DNA from: Trichodelitschia bisporula
Taxonomy: Eukaryota
Length of the DNA: 64,000 nt
Reading direction: 5' to 3'
Assembly (NCBI GenBank): GCA_010356995.1
Contig: ML996691.1
Coordinates: 378,174 to 442,173 of the forward strand
Shown here piece after piece: positions 11,687-25,513 of the stretch. Both the position numbers and the translations under genes were made by a program. The notes below the pieces were generated by a model. That model saw only the letters and a program-made list of their open reading frames with translations. It searched no databases and was not told the DNA's origin. Positions within the stretch are counted from its first letter, which is position 1. Every line of letters starts with the position of its first letter.

Positions 11687-12005
11687 GGTGTGATGAAGTT
11701 CTGGCTCGGGAAGGGGAAAATGTTGCGTTGCGAAAGGGACCGGGCACAGGGTCCGAAGGTTGGAGACGGAGGAAAGAAAAGCAGCAAGAAGTAAGACTGA
11801 GAGGTTAAGCAACAGAGGAAGGCTGGAGTTCATCTCGAAGTTGCTGCTTGTTACTTGCTCTTCACACAGCACACACAGCAAACCGTACACATAATCAGGA
11901 TAAAAAGATTCCTTACTGTAACTGAGACATACACGACGTCACAGCGGCGCGCCACGCCGCGTAAACACGCCTCCACCCTCTACCGCAAACCTATCAAGCA
12001 CAACT

Positions 12006-14748
12006 CTATTGAACAACCTACAGCCGTCAGCCATGCTCAAAGTCCCCCCTCAACTACTCACCTTCTCACGCAACATCCCCATCCACTGCCCAAGACTAAC
12101 CCCCTGATCCGCCCGATCCTCAACCAACAACGTCTGCGCCCAAAGCCTCAAACTCGGCTCCCCATCCTCCCTTACCACATACAGCGGCGGCACAGTAATG
12201 CTCCCAACACCACGCGCGCGGTGATCGCGGCTCTTCTCCACCACCGCCCGCACCCTTTCGTTGAACTCGTTGTCCAGCTCCGGGAGCAAAGTCTTGCCCT
12301 GCTTGACCTGCGATTTGTCCGCTAGGCCGAAGACGTCCTCGACGAGCGCGGGGATGGCGTCGCGGCCCAGCCACATGAACTGCGTCTGCCCGTCGTCGAT
12401 CAGGTACAGCCCGTAGGGCACGATGCGCTCTGAGGAGAGGTTCATAGGCGGTGGGAGGACGGTCTCGTTGGTCGTTGGGTCGGGGACGCCCGCGTTGTCT
12501 GGCATGTCGTGGAGCGAGTAGAAGCGCGGGTACACGTACTGGATGAGCAGCGGGAGCGGGAGCGTCGACAGGAGGCACAAAGCCGCAGAGCGCAGATCCG
12601 AGGGAATCTGTGCCGATTTGCGAAGGCCGACCTGCACTTGTTAGCAATCGCCTTTACCCAAGCTTGAGGTACGAAGGGGAAACCCACATTCTTCATCAAC
12701 CCCAAAAACAGCACCGGCAAACCCCTCAAGTTTGCCGGCAACTGCAACCCCCCACCGCCCATGTTGCCACCGGCCAGCTCCTTGCGATACGTCTGCATAA
12801 TCTCCACAACCTTACTCTGCAGCGCATCGCGAGCCGCCTCCAGCCCGCTACCCAGCGACCGCTCCACTGCCTTGTGGCTAAAGTACGTCGTAATGGCCAA
12901 CTGGTCGGCGCTGGCGTACACGCTACTCAACGTCTCCGTCGTCGGCAGCGCAAGGGTCATGACGCGGATGCGCCGCTCGCCATTGCACGTCGTGTGCAGG
13001 ACCGCCGTCTGCAGGCACACATGCGGCTTGACAATGGTTTCATCGATGGCCACTTCGACAACGAAGCTCTGGTCGCGCGGGAAGGCGGGGAAGGCGCAGA
13101 GGTCGGAGCTACGGTTGAAAAAGTTCCCATAGAAGGCATTCATGCGCAGGCCTGTTGTGGCGCGCACGCGAAGCACAGCCTCGAGCCCAATCTCCGCGGA
13201 CAGGTACGAGCTGAACTCCTTTGCGAACTTGATCGCGTCCTCGCTTCTGGCCGCGTTCCAGCCGGGATAGAAGTACGTCTGGCCACCCGTGTAACGCGGC
13301 AGGTTGCTCAGCGTGGCTACGTCCTGGTACTGGGACGAGAACAAGAACATATCAATCGACACCTGCTGCTTTGAGCAGTCCACGGCAAAGCTCTTGTAGA
13401 AGCTATTCGCCGGCTGAAGCAGTGACGACTCCTTGCTCGTGCCGAGGACCTTCTTATCCTCACGCATCTCGAGCTTGCCATAGCCGATATTCGGCAATGT
13501 CGCGCTGAGAACCGTGATCTTGCCACCTGTCGCCTGGATGAGTCGCAGAGCAGACCGCAGACCAGATCCCATGGCATGCGCGCCGTTTTGCGTGTCCTTG
13601 AACATCGACTGCAGCTTGTTGAGGAACAGTTCAATGTTTTGGCGGCACTCGGCAAGGTTGACGACCAGATCGTCCGGTGTGGGCAGGAAGGGCTCATCCA
13701 GATCGCTGACAACCAGCATTTTAGGTTCGGTAATTTCGCCGCCATCCGTCGGAATGACGAAGTAATGCAGGCTCGAATCGACGGCCAAGAAGGCTAGCCG
13801 CGTTCTCCGGTCGGCGTTCGGGATCAAGTCGAGACTCTCAAGGATACAACGGGCGCTCGTGGCGAGCAGTCCGCTGGTCACCGCGCTGTAACTGACATCA
13901 AGCAGGAAGACGTACGTCAACGCCTGCGGCGGGCGCACCATGTACTCCTGTGGCGCCACAAATTCCACTACCGAGTAGTTGAGCTCCGGCCGCTGCCACC
14001 GGTCTACGCTCTGTTGTGTCGCCGCGTCCCAGTCAAAGGCTTGCGGGACATCGTTGGCCAGGTTGCACATGTTGCACCTCCAGCGATGCCCATGGTCGAG
14101 GAAGGTGACGAAAGGGTTGATGTACGAGCGGCAGCGCCTACACCGCGAGATGACCTGGTCCGAACATACGGGCACCGGGTCTTCGGCATCATGCAACGAG
14201 GTGTAGGGCGTCATGACGAGCGCAAAGGGCAGGCGCGACTTCTTGAGAAGCGAGTGTGTCGTCGGAATCGAATTGAGCGTAGACCGAACGAACTTAGAGG
14301 GACAGTTCGCAAAAGGCGACGGTGTGACACTCGTCTGCGGCAGTCAGCCTATGCTTCACATCCAGCGCATTTCAGCTTCATCACTTACATTCGGGGGCAA
14401 GTTGATCGGGGGCGGCGGAAGATCGAGCTCCTGCACGCTGAACGGCTGGCTGATGAGATCCGAAGGGTACAACTGATTCAGCTGGGGCGCCGCCTGGACT
14501 CCCGGCGGCACCTGCGGCTGGGACTGAATGTTCATCTGACCAAACTGTTGCGCCAGCGGATCCTGAGGGCCCGGTGGAGGGACACCGAGGGGCGGCATGC
14601 CGACGGCCGGCATCTGGGCCGGGACCTGGCCCAGCACCGGCATCGGCTGCTGCTGTTGCTGGAGAGCTGCATTTTGGCCAAACTCGTACGCCTGCGCGGC
14701 ATAGGCGCGTTTCTTCTTAGGGACCCCGGAGGTGTGGTCGTACTCCAT
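12006..14748 (-). CDS. SEC24: COPII cargo adaptor Sec24
   Basis: Zn finger [18 protein letters not shown], vWA trunk YVFLLDVS, gelsolin-like C-terminus. Introns 14388-14335, 12687-12632, 12061-12018; spliced end LREKVVQ*. The start could lie further upstream. Confidence 0.95.
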
Positions 14749-15239
14749 GCTGGAAGCGGGGTCGGAGAGCTCAGCGCACGGGAGACTGTAGTGACGAAAC
14801 CGGGAGGCCGAGCGGTCAATGGTTGTGGGGGCGATGGAATAGCTTAGGTGGTGGCGGGGTGTGCAGCTAGAGAGACACCATGGCAGTGTGAGTTTATAGA
14901 ACAGTGAAGCAAGCGAATTGTAGGCAGACGGGATGAAGGTTGAATGCTCAAGAGCTTTGATGATCAGATCTGGCCTCTCCCGCCCGCGGTCATTTTGATG
15001 GTCCGTTCACGCCAAGAACGTGGGGCGTCCCCAGCTTTGCCGTGCTTGCTCCTGCTTCAGCTCGGTGTTCAACCAGGTGACAGGCATCAGAGTAAAAACA
15101 GTGGCGGGTGAACAGGGTGTCGAAGCAAGGAAGGGCCAGCATTCTTGGGCTTTTATTGACACGATTAAGCACATGAATGTTTTCTGCTTCACCAGATTTG
15201 TCTTTATCTTTGGAAATAATAACCTTAGCTACTCGACCC

Positions 15240-17336
15240 CTAGCTGAGCAGCACGCGAATCTCTTCGCTTGTACGTGGGAACAGATCTCGAAGTCGGGGT
15301 GGCATTTCCTCCTCGTCTTCTCCATGCTGCACTAGATCATCAGCTGCCATCAATCTCCGCTCAACCATGTCAAAATCATTGCAGAATCGTTCGGCTGACG
15401 CTTCGGTGATCTCACGGATCAGCCTAGGGGTGCGCAGTCGTCTGATGTTCTCAGTGGCATCCATGATGGCGGACGGCAAAAAGTCGTCTAGCGTCTGGCT
15501 GATGGAAATCAAACTGCTTTCTTGGAACAGCTCCAAGGCTGGGATTCGGCGCAAGTCGTCCGTCGAATCCGACAGCGAAGATAGCTCGACCACAAGGGCT
15601 TCCAGCCCGGATGAGGTCAGCAGGAAGTGATACTGCTGGTCGACCAGATTGGTGCCGTGCTCCTCGATGATTTCATCAATCTCAGATATCCTATCAGACG
15701 TAAAGGAATACGGCCGCAAAGCTTCCCGCGCTGCAAGTAAGCAATTGATGGCGAAGATGTCGCTCGACGGCTTCGCCATCTTCTTGTAAATAGACTCGCA
15801 TGCCTCCATGAATGGATCGAGCGCCTCGGCAAGAACACTCTGAAATGCATCTTGGCGATCATCCACTGCTGCAAGTGATGTGTCGTAGCTCTTCATCAGC
15901 GCCTTGAGCGTCGCGAGTGCCTCGTCCAAGAACTCTGGAGGGGATAGGTCCGCCGGGGCAGCAGTCAAATCGGCGCGAATAGATGCAATGTGATCCTTCA
16001 TATTGGCGCGGAATTGCCTTTGCGCCGACGCCTCCAGAGTTGCAAGCGTCTCGAGGATGGACGCATCGGGTCCGAGCAGCTTCTGAAACGTAATGCTGTA
16101 GAATGAGATGAGATTGGCAATGTTGTAGGCCAGAGTCGCATCTTCATGACAGGATATGACTTGCTCGGTCCTTTGGCGGAGAAGCCTCGCCACTCCAGCA
16201 ATGTCCCGGCTCACGAGCTCGTTGAGGGCTTTACGTCCGTCAAAGGTCTCTTCCGGAACGTGCTCTCGGCTCCACGGATCACTGTCGATGCCGGCTTTGA
16301 TGCCTTTAGCCAGTTGGTCGCCTTCGGCCACAAACAGAACCTCGAGAGCTTCGCGCTCCGAGACTGTAGCGGAATGCGCCCATGCTAGCATATCGCCAAT
16401 ATAGCGGAGAGGGTCGTGGGAGTGAAACTCGATGGGCTTCGCATTGGGCCCGCTTGCGCCCGTCAGAGCCCCATGGAAGGCATCGGACAATGTGTGCTCC
16501 CGTGCTTCGACAAAAAAATCCATGCAACTTTGGAACAACGCTGGCCGCTCGGCAAGCGCCCGGAGAGACCGGCGAATGGAGGATCCAATTTGAGGGTTCT
16601 CCAGATCCAGGTGTTTGAACTCCTTTTGAATCCAACGATACACCTTCTGGAAAGCAGCATTAAGCTGCTTGGAGCTTTGATCGAGAATCTCCAGCCCCAG
16701 TCGCTCGTTCTCCGTCCCCAGCAGTACTTCAGAGTCCCGGTGAATGCCTTTCACCTTGGCGAGAACGCGAAAGAACTCGTCGTCCACCGGCTCCGTCGAT
16801 GAAGTCAGAGCCGCAGCCTCCTCGTCGGAAATGACAAAGTGCTTTCTGAAAGCTGCGAGAAGCTGTTGCTTGGACTCAACATGTCTCCTCTCAGCCATCA
16901 TGGCGTCTGCATCTTTGAGAACAGGGCCCGCCTCACGCCGCGCAGCTTCAATCTGGGCTCGCATATGGGCACAGCTGCTATTCAGGCTGGAAACAACGGA
17001 GCCAATTCTCTTGAGTTGCTACAGGCCGTCAGAAGTGTAGTGAAAGCAGAGGGGCTTTCAAACCTCTGCAACCTGCCCGAAATCGCGGATAATCTCCCCG
17101 TTGCATTGTATGACGTCCTGCTGAAGGTCCAGCCGCAGCTGACGCCTAGAGTCCTGGGTGTTTTGGAAGTGCTGCTTATCGAGAGTCTCCAAAGCATTCC
17201 GAATTTCTAGATCGGCGCAAGATGTCGCGAGAATGCTCGTTATTCGACTGGATAGGGCGGTGGAGCGGCCGCCTGGCTCTCCTGCTACCGGAGACAAAGC
17301 ATCGCCGTTTCTGTCCGGAATATAAGACGCGGCCAT
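15240..17336 (-). CDS. COG6: Conserved oligomeric Golgi complex subunit 6
   Basis: KPIEFHSHDPLRYIGDMLAWAHS motif, N-terminal RRQLRLDLQ helix, C-terminal LFPRTSEEIRVLLS; one intron near 17063-17020. Confidence 0.9.
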
Positions 17337-17820
17337 TGGCTGCGGTGAAGAGAAGATATCTTCACTTGTCTGCCTCTCTGCTTCCGGACGTTGAAGCCAC
17401 AAGAATTGCTCATAAGTCGCTTTGCCGGCAAAACCTTTGGGTGAACCGACGGACAAGGTGACGAGAGTCAACTTACAATTTTGGCCTTACTGGCCTCAGT
17501 AACGAGGGCTTGGCTGGTGCCGTCACTTCACAGGTACGCGGCCTTCGGTACGTACCTCCCACCGCGCTCCAGTCAACAGGCGCGCCCCCCTCGATCTCGA
17601 ACCTCCACCTCCGCTCGTTGGCCCATAACATCTGAGAACCCCGCAATACACTTCACCACCAGCAGGTCCGGACTTCACTCACATTCAGCTCTGCAGCTGG
17701 TGACTGATCTTGCCAATGTGTTCACGGCTGAGCTTGCGGCGTTCGTAGCGGCCTCCCTCCACCCCCGCAGCCTCGCGTCCGCGTGAGCAGTTCAACACAT
17801 ACCAGGAAGTCACAAGCCTC

Positions 17821-20633
17821 ATGGCCTCCAACATCCTCTCTCGCCTGCTCCCATCAGCAAGTGACGAAGGGCAGCCTGATGGCCGCTTTATATCCCACAC
17901 TCGAACCCGCTCTACCGCTTCCGATATCGAAGCTGCCGCCGCCATGGCCATAGATGAAGCGAACCTCGGCGAGCAGTTCCAAGAGCAGGATCTCGAGCAG
18001 CTCTTGGCCGAAGAGAACGACCTCGCCACTGAGAGCACCGCCTTTCTCCCAGACAAGTCGAAGAACAAGAGTGGCAAGGGCAGAGCCGACGAGAAATGGA
18101 AGAGGCAGCATACCACCGCCGGCGGACCTGCTTCGCGCATAGAGGAGGACGAAGACGTCCCGGAGTCACTGCTCTTCGAAGGGCAGAAAGGCTACCGTCC
18201 GGGAGATCGTACTCGCCAGCGAGCCTCGTCCGCGGCACACGATGCCGTGCCCGTTCCTGGGCCGGAGACACACAACACTCGAGCACAATGGAATGCCGCT
18301 CGCGCGCAGCAGCCACTACATCCGGACCGCACTCGGTCAAGAACGACTCCAGCGCGTCAGATGATTCGGGCCTTGGGTGCAGACCCAAAGCAGAAAGCCT
18401 TGTGGAAGTGGGCAAACGTGGAAAACCTAGACGTTTTCCTCAAACAAGTGTATGAGTACTACGCTGCGCACGGCATCTGGTCAATCGTCCTTCAGCGTGT
18501 CATCAGCGTGCTGTAAGCCCCACTTCTCTTCCCGCAACTGCGGCGTCCTGCTAACTTTATAAGGTCGGGTGCTTTTATTATCGGGTTCTCTACTTTCCTC
18601 CTATTCTGCATCGACTATAGTCTGCTCCCTCACCGGACCAGTCTTGATGAGATTCGTATCAAGCAGTGTACCCGCAAGTAAGTATCATTGTTCCGTTGTC
18701 ATTCACATTCTAACAGTTAAGGATGCCCACCATCGCAAGTTTCGTACTCTGGGTCTCTGCTGTATGGTGGGTCTATACACTAATCAGCTTCATCCGCGAT
18801 ATCCCGCGCCTCTGGGACATGAAGAACTTTTACGAACATCTACTCGACATCCCCGACTGTGATATACAGACGGTGTCCTGGCAGTATGTTGTCGCCAAAC
18901 TAATGCTGCTGCGCAACGCGAACCCCCACACGGCGCAGAACATGTCGTCTGAAAACCGCCGATTCCTTCGTGGCCAGTCAAAGCAGCGCATGGACGCCCA
19001 CGACATTGCTAACCGGCTGATGCGCAAGGAAAACTACTGGATTGGGATTATCAACAAGGAGATCCTAGACACAACTGTCAATATCCCGTTCATTGGCAAG
19101 TACTCGATCTTTACGAGGGTTATTGAGTGGAATATTGGCCTCTGCCTCATGGACTTTGTGTTCGATGACCAGTCCCAAGTCAAGGAAGTTTTCCTCAAGT
19201 CCCAGAGCCGGAGGGAACTGGTCGAAATCCTCAAGCGCCGCTTCTTCATCATCGGGGTATTCAGTATATTCTTCTCTCCTATCCTTGCATTCTATTTCTT
19301 TGTCATTCAGTTCTTTACCAACTTCACGGTATGCTTCGACTTTCTTTCTCTCGCTCGCAACAAGAACCGCCTTCTGACGGCCGCGCAGGAGTACCAAAAG
19401 AACCCTTCCGAGCTGGGCGCTCGTAGCTTCTCGCCTCTGGCGGAGTGGAAGTTTCGTGAGTTCAACGAGCTCTACCACATTTTCCGCCGTCGCAAGACGA
19501 TGGCTTTTCCGTACGCCAACACGTATCTTGACCAGTTCCCCAAGGACAAGATGGATCAGGCAAGCAAGTTCGTAGCCTTCATTAGCGGCGCCCTTGCGGC
19601 CGTGCTGGGTGTTATATCTCTGCTGGATCCAGAGCTATTTCTCGGGTTCGAGATCGCCGGTAAGACGGTACTCTTCTGGCTTGGTGTTTTTGGCACCGTT
19701 TACATGGCTACGCGGCCGGCTTCCCTCCACGATGAGATGGTGCTGGACCCGGAACACCATCTGAAAAGAGTCATCGAATGCACGCACTACTACCCCGAGT
19801 CCTGGCAAAAGCGTCTGCACACCGACGAAGTGCGGCAGGAATTCTCCACCCTCTACCAACTCAAGATAATCCTCTTCCTCCAGGAACTAGCCAGCGTCAT
19901 CCTAACCCCCTTCGTCTTCCTCATCTCCCTCCCCCGCTGCGCCGAAGCCCTCATCGACTTCATCCGCGAATTCACAATCCACGTCGACGGCCTCGGACAC
20001 GTCTGCTCCTTCGCCATCTTCGACTTCAAGCGGCCCGGCGATCCCCCGCGCCGTCTCGGCGCCCCTGGCCTCGCCTCTCCTGATCTCCGTGCGGACTACT
20101 ACGCCGCAAAGGATAACAAGCTGCTCGAGAGCTACTACTCCTTTCTCGATCACTACGCGCCCAACCCGCGCCGCGGCCTGGCGCCCCGCCGTAAGGGCGC
20201 GGGTTTCAATCTCCCCCCGCAGTTCCCCGGCCTGGCGGCTGAGCATGTCAACCGCGACCCGCAGGCCTCCCGCGGTGTCCTCGGGGCTCATCCTGAGCCC
20301 ATGCATTCTATCCTACTTGACCCGCATCACCAGCCGCAGCCGCGCGCGCCGCCGCAGGCGAGGCAGCGGTTGCGGGGTCCGAGTGGGCTGGTGGCTGGGG
20401 CGGGGGTGGAGGAGGAAGAGGGTCCGGTGCCGGCGGAGCGCACTGGCAGGTCTGAGCAGGCGGCGGTTGAGGACGATAGTGAGCTTGGTGATAGTTGGGC
20501 GGTTAGAGCAGATACTGGGGGAGAGCCGGAGAGACGGGAGCCCGAGGCGGAGGGCGGGGCGGGCGCTGGCGTGCTGGGCTTGTTATATCAGTTCCAGAAG
20601 GCGCAGGCGGAGGGACGGCATGTTCATTTGTGA
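17821..20633 (+). CDS. ATG9: Autophagy lipid scramblase Atg9
   Basis: ALWKWANVENLD, MDAHDIANRLMRKENY, WKFREFNEL, FTIHVDGLGHVCSFA motifs. Introns 18513-18563, 18678-18721, 19329-19388. Confidence 0.95.
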
Positions 20634-21194
20634 TTTTGGGGATGATTACGGGTGGGGGCGTATCGATGGGCTTCATTTCACTGTGTATGAACAGTTCGGC
20701 GTTGGCTAGGTGGAAGGGTGGAGTGTTTTCATCATTGATTCATAGCAGAGTAGAGATGCATTGCCCACGAGCGGCAAGTTCGTTATAGTCACTGGTTCCA
20801 TGCTCTACGGATGTACAGAAGTGACTGTCTTGTCAGTATCACTCCGCAGGAAACATAGTACTCGAGCGGCGTCTCTCGCCTCCGATTGGCCCGCCGCTTT
20901 ATCATGGAAAGCCCCGCCAAGACCCGGCGGGACAAGGCGATGTGGCACTTTTGGCCTTGCGAGCGACGAAAGGACACAACCACAGCTTCAACTTCTCCCC
21001 CACCAACTCACCACCAGCTTTCCATTCAACCCCGCTTCTCACCTGCGTCTCTCCTTTCTGACCTCTCATCATATCAAAGCCCCGAAGTGCTCGGGCCCAG
21101 ATGTAATCTGCAGCAACCTCACTCCTATCAATTCATACTCGACAAGACTCTTGCGCAGCCCAAGAGCCTCGAGCTTCGAGCTCAACCTCCAGCC

Positions 21195-22511
21195 ATGATA
21201 CCTCCCATCATGCGCACCTTCCTCCTCCTCCTCCTCTGCGCCTTCCTCGTCCTCTGCGCAGAAGACTACTACCAAGTAACCCCCCCCCCAATTCCCCCTC
21301 TCGTCACCCTCTAACCCCCCCAGCTCCTCGGCCTCAAAAAAGGCGCCACCGAGAAGGACATCAAAAAAGCCTACCGCAAGCTCTCAAAGCAATTCCACCC
21401 CGACAAAAACCCCGGCGACGAATCCGCCCACCACAAATTCGTCGCCATAGCCGAAGCCTACGACGCCCTCTCCGACGCCGAATCCCGCCGCATCTACGAC
21501 CAATACGGGCACGAGGGGCTGAAGCAGCACAAGCAGGGCGGGGGCCGCGGTGGGGGCGGGCACGACCCGTTCGATATTTTCTCCCGCTTCTTTGGCGGGT
21601 CGGGACACTTCGGACATCATGACGATGTGAGGCGCGGCCCGAATAAACAGGCGGCGATTGCGCTGCCGCTGAGGGATTTTTATACGGGTGCGGAGAAGGA
21701 ATTCACGATTGATAAGCAGGTTGTGTGTGCGGAGTGTACGGGCTCTGGAAGTGCGGACGGTGTGGTGGAACAGTGTCATACGTGCGGCGGGTCGGGCGTG
21801 CGCATCATGAAGCAGATGCTGGCGCCGGGGTTCGTGCAGCAGGTGCAAACTACCTGCAACGCCTGTGGAGGGAAGGGGAAGACGATTAAGCACGCCTGCC
21901 CCGTCTGTCATGGGCAGCGGGTTGTGACGGAGAAGGAGGCGTTCACGCTACATGTTCAGCCCGGGATGCCGCGCGGCGTGCGCGTCACGTATAATAACGA
22001 GGCGGATGAGAGTCCCGATTGGGAGGCCGGCGATCTGATCATTGAGGTGCACGAGGCAGAGCCACAGCTCGCTGGGGAGGGGGCGGAGGCGCTGGCGCGC
22101 ACGGATGGGACGTTTTTCCGGAGACGGGGGGAGAATCTCTTCTGGCGCGAGGTGCTGGGGTTGCGGGAGGCGTGGATGGGGGGGTGGTCAAGAAACGTCA
22201 CGCATCTGGATGGGCATGTCGTGCGGCTCGGGCGTGAGCGGGGCCAGGTCGTTCAGCCTGGCTTGGTGGAGGTTGTTCCGAATGAGGGGATGCCGATTTG
22301 GACTGAGGAGGGGGGGAATGGGGATGAGAAGAGGTACGGGGCGTTGATGGTTGAGTATGTGGTTGTGTTGCCCGATCAGATGGAGAAGGGGATGGAGAAG
22401 GATTTTTGGGCACTGTGGGAGAAGTGGAGGGCGAAGAAGGGGGTGGTGGATCTTGGGAAGGATAGTGGGAGGCCGGAGGCGCCGGTGGAGGGGGTTAGGG
22501 ATGAATTATAG
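21195..22511 (+). CDS. SCJ1: ER-lumenal DnaJ co-chaperone Scj1
   Basis: Signal peptide, intron 21276-21322, J domain with HPD (KQFHPDKN), CxxCxGxG zinc repeats, C-terminal RDEL. Confidence 0.92.
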
Positions 22512-22653
22512 ATGGGAGTGGGCTGCGGGTGTTTTCGGTGGGTTTAGGGTAGACTTGTATGATATATGAGAATGGTGATTTAAGAGCGTTGAGATGATGT
22601 GTGGGTGGTCGTGTTTGGGGTTTGAGCCGAGCAACAGAAAGGAGCCATGGTCG

Positions 22654-23046
22654 TAGACGACGGGCATAGAAGACAGGTTATAGACGACAGATTGTAGACG
22701 ACGGATATAGACGACAGGTTACGGCTGGCGGATATTAACGACGAGATGTCGACCGGATGAAGACAGGATGCAGACGGATACCGTCGACGGATACCGATGG
22801 TGCATACTGACGACGGACACCGATGGTGCATACTGACGATATAATATGGACAGTGGGATACAAACGATAGGATACAGATGGAAATCGACAACGGACGTTG
22901 ACGACGGATGTAGATGACCCGATACGGACAACAAGATATGGACGGCGGGATATAGACAAAAACAGAAGCTGATGCCCCGTCGTCTGTATCCGTTGTCTAT
23001 ATCTTGTTCTCCGTATCCGGTCGTCTACATCCGTCGCCTGTATCCC
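22654..23046. repeat. GAC-rich ~13-14 bp minisatellite ending in a ~55-bp inverted repeat
   Basis: TAGACGAC(A/G)G(A/G)T(T/A) units from 22654; ACCGATGGTGCATACTGACGA duplicated at ~22793 and ~22818; arms 22902-22957 and 22982-23036 are reverse complements. Confidence 0.85.
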
Positions 23047-23201
23047 GCCTCAAAACCCGGATTTCTACAAATCCCCTAAAACGCAATATACAGCCCCACA
23101 GAGACGAGAGAGTAGTACAGCCACCACGCCTATGCACACGCCAAATCCAAGAATCTACTGGTATCATCAATCATAACGCATGCCTCACGCCCCACCTCCC
23201 C

Positions 23202-25161
23202 CTACTCCTCATCCCTTATCGCAATCCGCTCCGCAATCTTACGTATATCCGACTCAAACGTCTCCTCAATCGTATCGCCCTTCCCGCCCGCAACCTTGAG
23301 GATAAGATCGTTGAGTGACGAGCGGCCGAGAATATCGACATGATCCGCTGGTCCCATTAGCCCCCCACATTCCCCAACCCACCCCTCCTCAAAACGTACC
23401 TGTATTCGGCCCCCCCCGCGGGCTAAACCGATCCGGCTCATGCCTCATCTCGAAAACCTTAACCTCCGCCCCCGCAGGGTTATACCGCTTCATGCGCCAC
23501 CCCTTCGCGCACATATACCCCGTACTGAGGAGATTCACCGTCCCATCCCCTTCGCCCATAACAACCCCGTGGTCGACGTCACCGTCCGATACCGTCGTGT
23601 CGATCGTCCAGTTCAGCCGCGACCCCGCGTCATTTTCGGGCCGGTAAAAGTACGCGCGCTCCGTCGGCTTGCCCACGCCGTAGAAGCAGTAGATCTTGAG
23701 ACTCGGGGCCAGCGGTAAGCGTGTCGCCAGCGGATTAACCCAGGCCTTCGGGTTGAGCGCATTGGCTTCCACTTCCGCAGCCGTGTGCGCGACCTCCTGC
23801 GCGTAGTTCTGCGCCACCATCTCCTGAAACCAGGGCTCCGTCTCCTCAAGCGCAAACTGCATCGCCGCCCCAACCGTCAAATTCTCCCGCGGCGCCGTGC
23901 CATTATTCAACTTAAACCGCAGAAACGGCCCGAAGGTCTCGGCCTGGCCGGGCACATCATCCGGCGCCCACGTGGCATTGCCCCAGACCACATCCCCGCC
24001 TATGGGGAGCATACTGCTCACACCCGGCATAGCGCGGAAAATATCCGCGCGCTCGGCGCGGGAGAGGAACTTCTCGAGCCCGTAGACGGCGAAGGAGTTC
24101 AGCTGTGCCGTGTCGCGCATTTCGCCGCTCAGGACAGCGGGGAGGGCCTTGGGGGCGCCGAGCATGCATCCTGATACGTTGATCCAGGCTTCGACGTGGT
24201 CTTCGACCCAGGAGGACCCGCCGTTGCCGTGCCCGGACGCTTCGACCCAGTGGAGGAAGTAGTACAGGACTTGGGAGCCCATGCTGTGCGATAGGAGGAC
24301 GACTTTGCGGTCTGCGATGCGGACGGCGAGTTCGATGTGCGTTTTTAGCCGCGTGAAGTACTGGTCCCGCACCTCGAGATTCGCGTACGCGAGACGCCAA
24401 TCGTAGGCCGCGGTCAAGGCGTTGGTCGGGTCATACCCGATCATGGCTAGGTTCTCGAGGATTTTGTTCCAGATCCAGTAGCCCGTGATGAAGAAATCGG
24501 CCGCGTCGAAGCCTTGCGCTGCACGCAGCTTTATGCCGGGTGGGTCGAGGCCCGTGGTCGTGTCGAGCATGATGTGCCGCTTCCATCCGGCCTTGTCCAT
24601 CACCAGCGCGCGCATCATGCTCCAGCTCCCCCAGAGGCGCTTCCGGAAGTACGGTCGTGATCCCTCCTCCGTGCCCCAGCTCTCAAGCCCGGTGGATATG
24701 ACGCCGGGGATCATGATAACGGGGTACGTCGCCTTGAGCCCTTGCTCGCGGGCATTCAGGCCAACGGTAAAAGAATCGTAAGCCACCGCATCCTTCTCAT
24801 GTTTCTACCGCCCCAACATCAGCACCCTCTCCCCCAAACTTCCGGGGGTCCAAAACCCACTGACTTGAAACTCCTTAGCCTCCCTAATCATCCCCGCAGG
24901 CAGCACATCCAGAATCGACTCTAGATTCATATCCGCCAACGCCGTCAAATCCAGCAAATCGCTGTTCCCAACGAAGAATGCAGCGACGCATATCCCGAAC
25001 AAGCCGCCGCAGATGAACATCCACGCGTACTTGCGCCGCGTGCCCGGTGCGCGCTTTGCCTTTGAGGCGGAGGCGGAGGCCGGACCATGGTGAGCGGCGG
25101 ACGAGGGCGCGGGGGAGGGCACTTCGTGGGCTGGCCCCTTGCGCCGACGCAGCATGTTCAT
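23202..25161 (-). CDS. LRO1: Phospholipid:diacylglycerol acyltransferase (LCAT family)
   Basis: PVIMIPGVISTGLESW, lipase motif SHSMG, GEGDGTV, ADHVDILG. Introns 24864-24805 and 23399-23348; N-terminal TM helix. Confidence 0.95.
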
Positions 25162-25513
25162 GGCGAGGTGGGCTGGGCGCGGGCGGGCGCCGGGGCGAGT
25201 GGTGCGGTTCTAGAGCTGCGGGTTGACGAAAGGCGCGGAGGTTGGTGGTTTCTTGCGCGCGGATGGGCTCGGCGGACATGGGCCGGCGGCGATGACGATC
25301 GCTGCGGAGCGGGATGGTCCCGTGCTTCGCATGTGCTTGTATTCCGCCACAACTTCGCGTAGTACTAGAACTACTCCACGAGCATCATTTTGCGTCTCTG
25401 TCGTTCTGCGTGTAAGCTACTACTGTTCTGTGGGTTATGCTGCTAATCACCAACTGCAGTATCACGATTTCCGCTCCACGCTCCCCCCCCTCTACCCCCT
25501 CCTCACCACCACA

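Noticed and set aside
12050..12061. SEC24 ending at LREKVSS* as in the ORF track
   Set aside because: GTGAGT donor, GCTGAC branch and TAG acceptor define a last intron giving LREKVVQ* at 12006.
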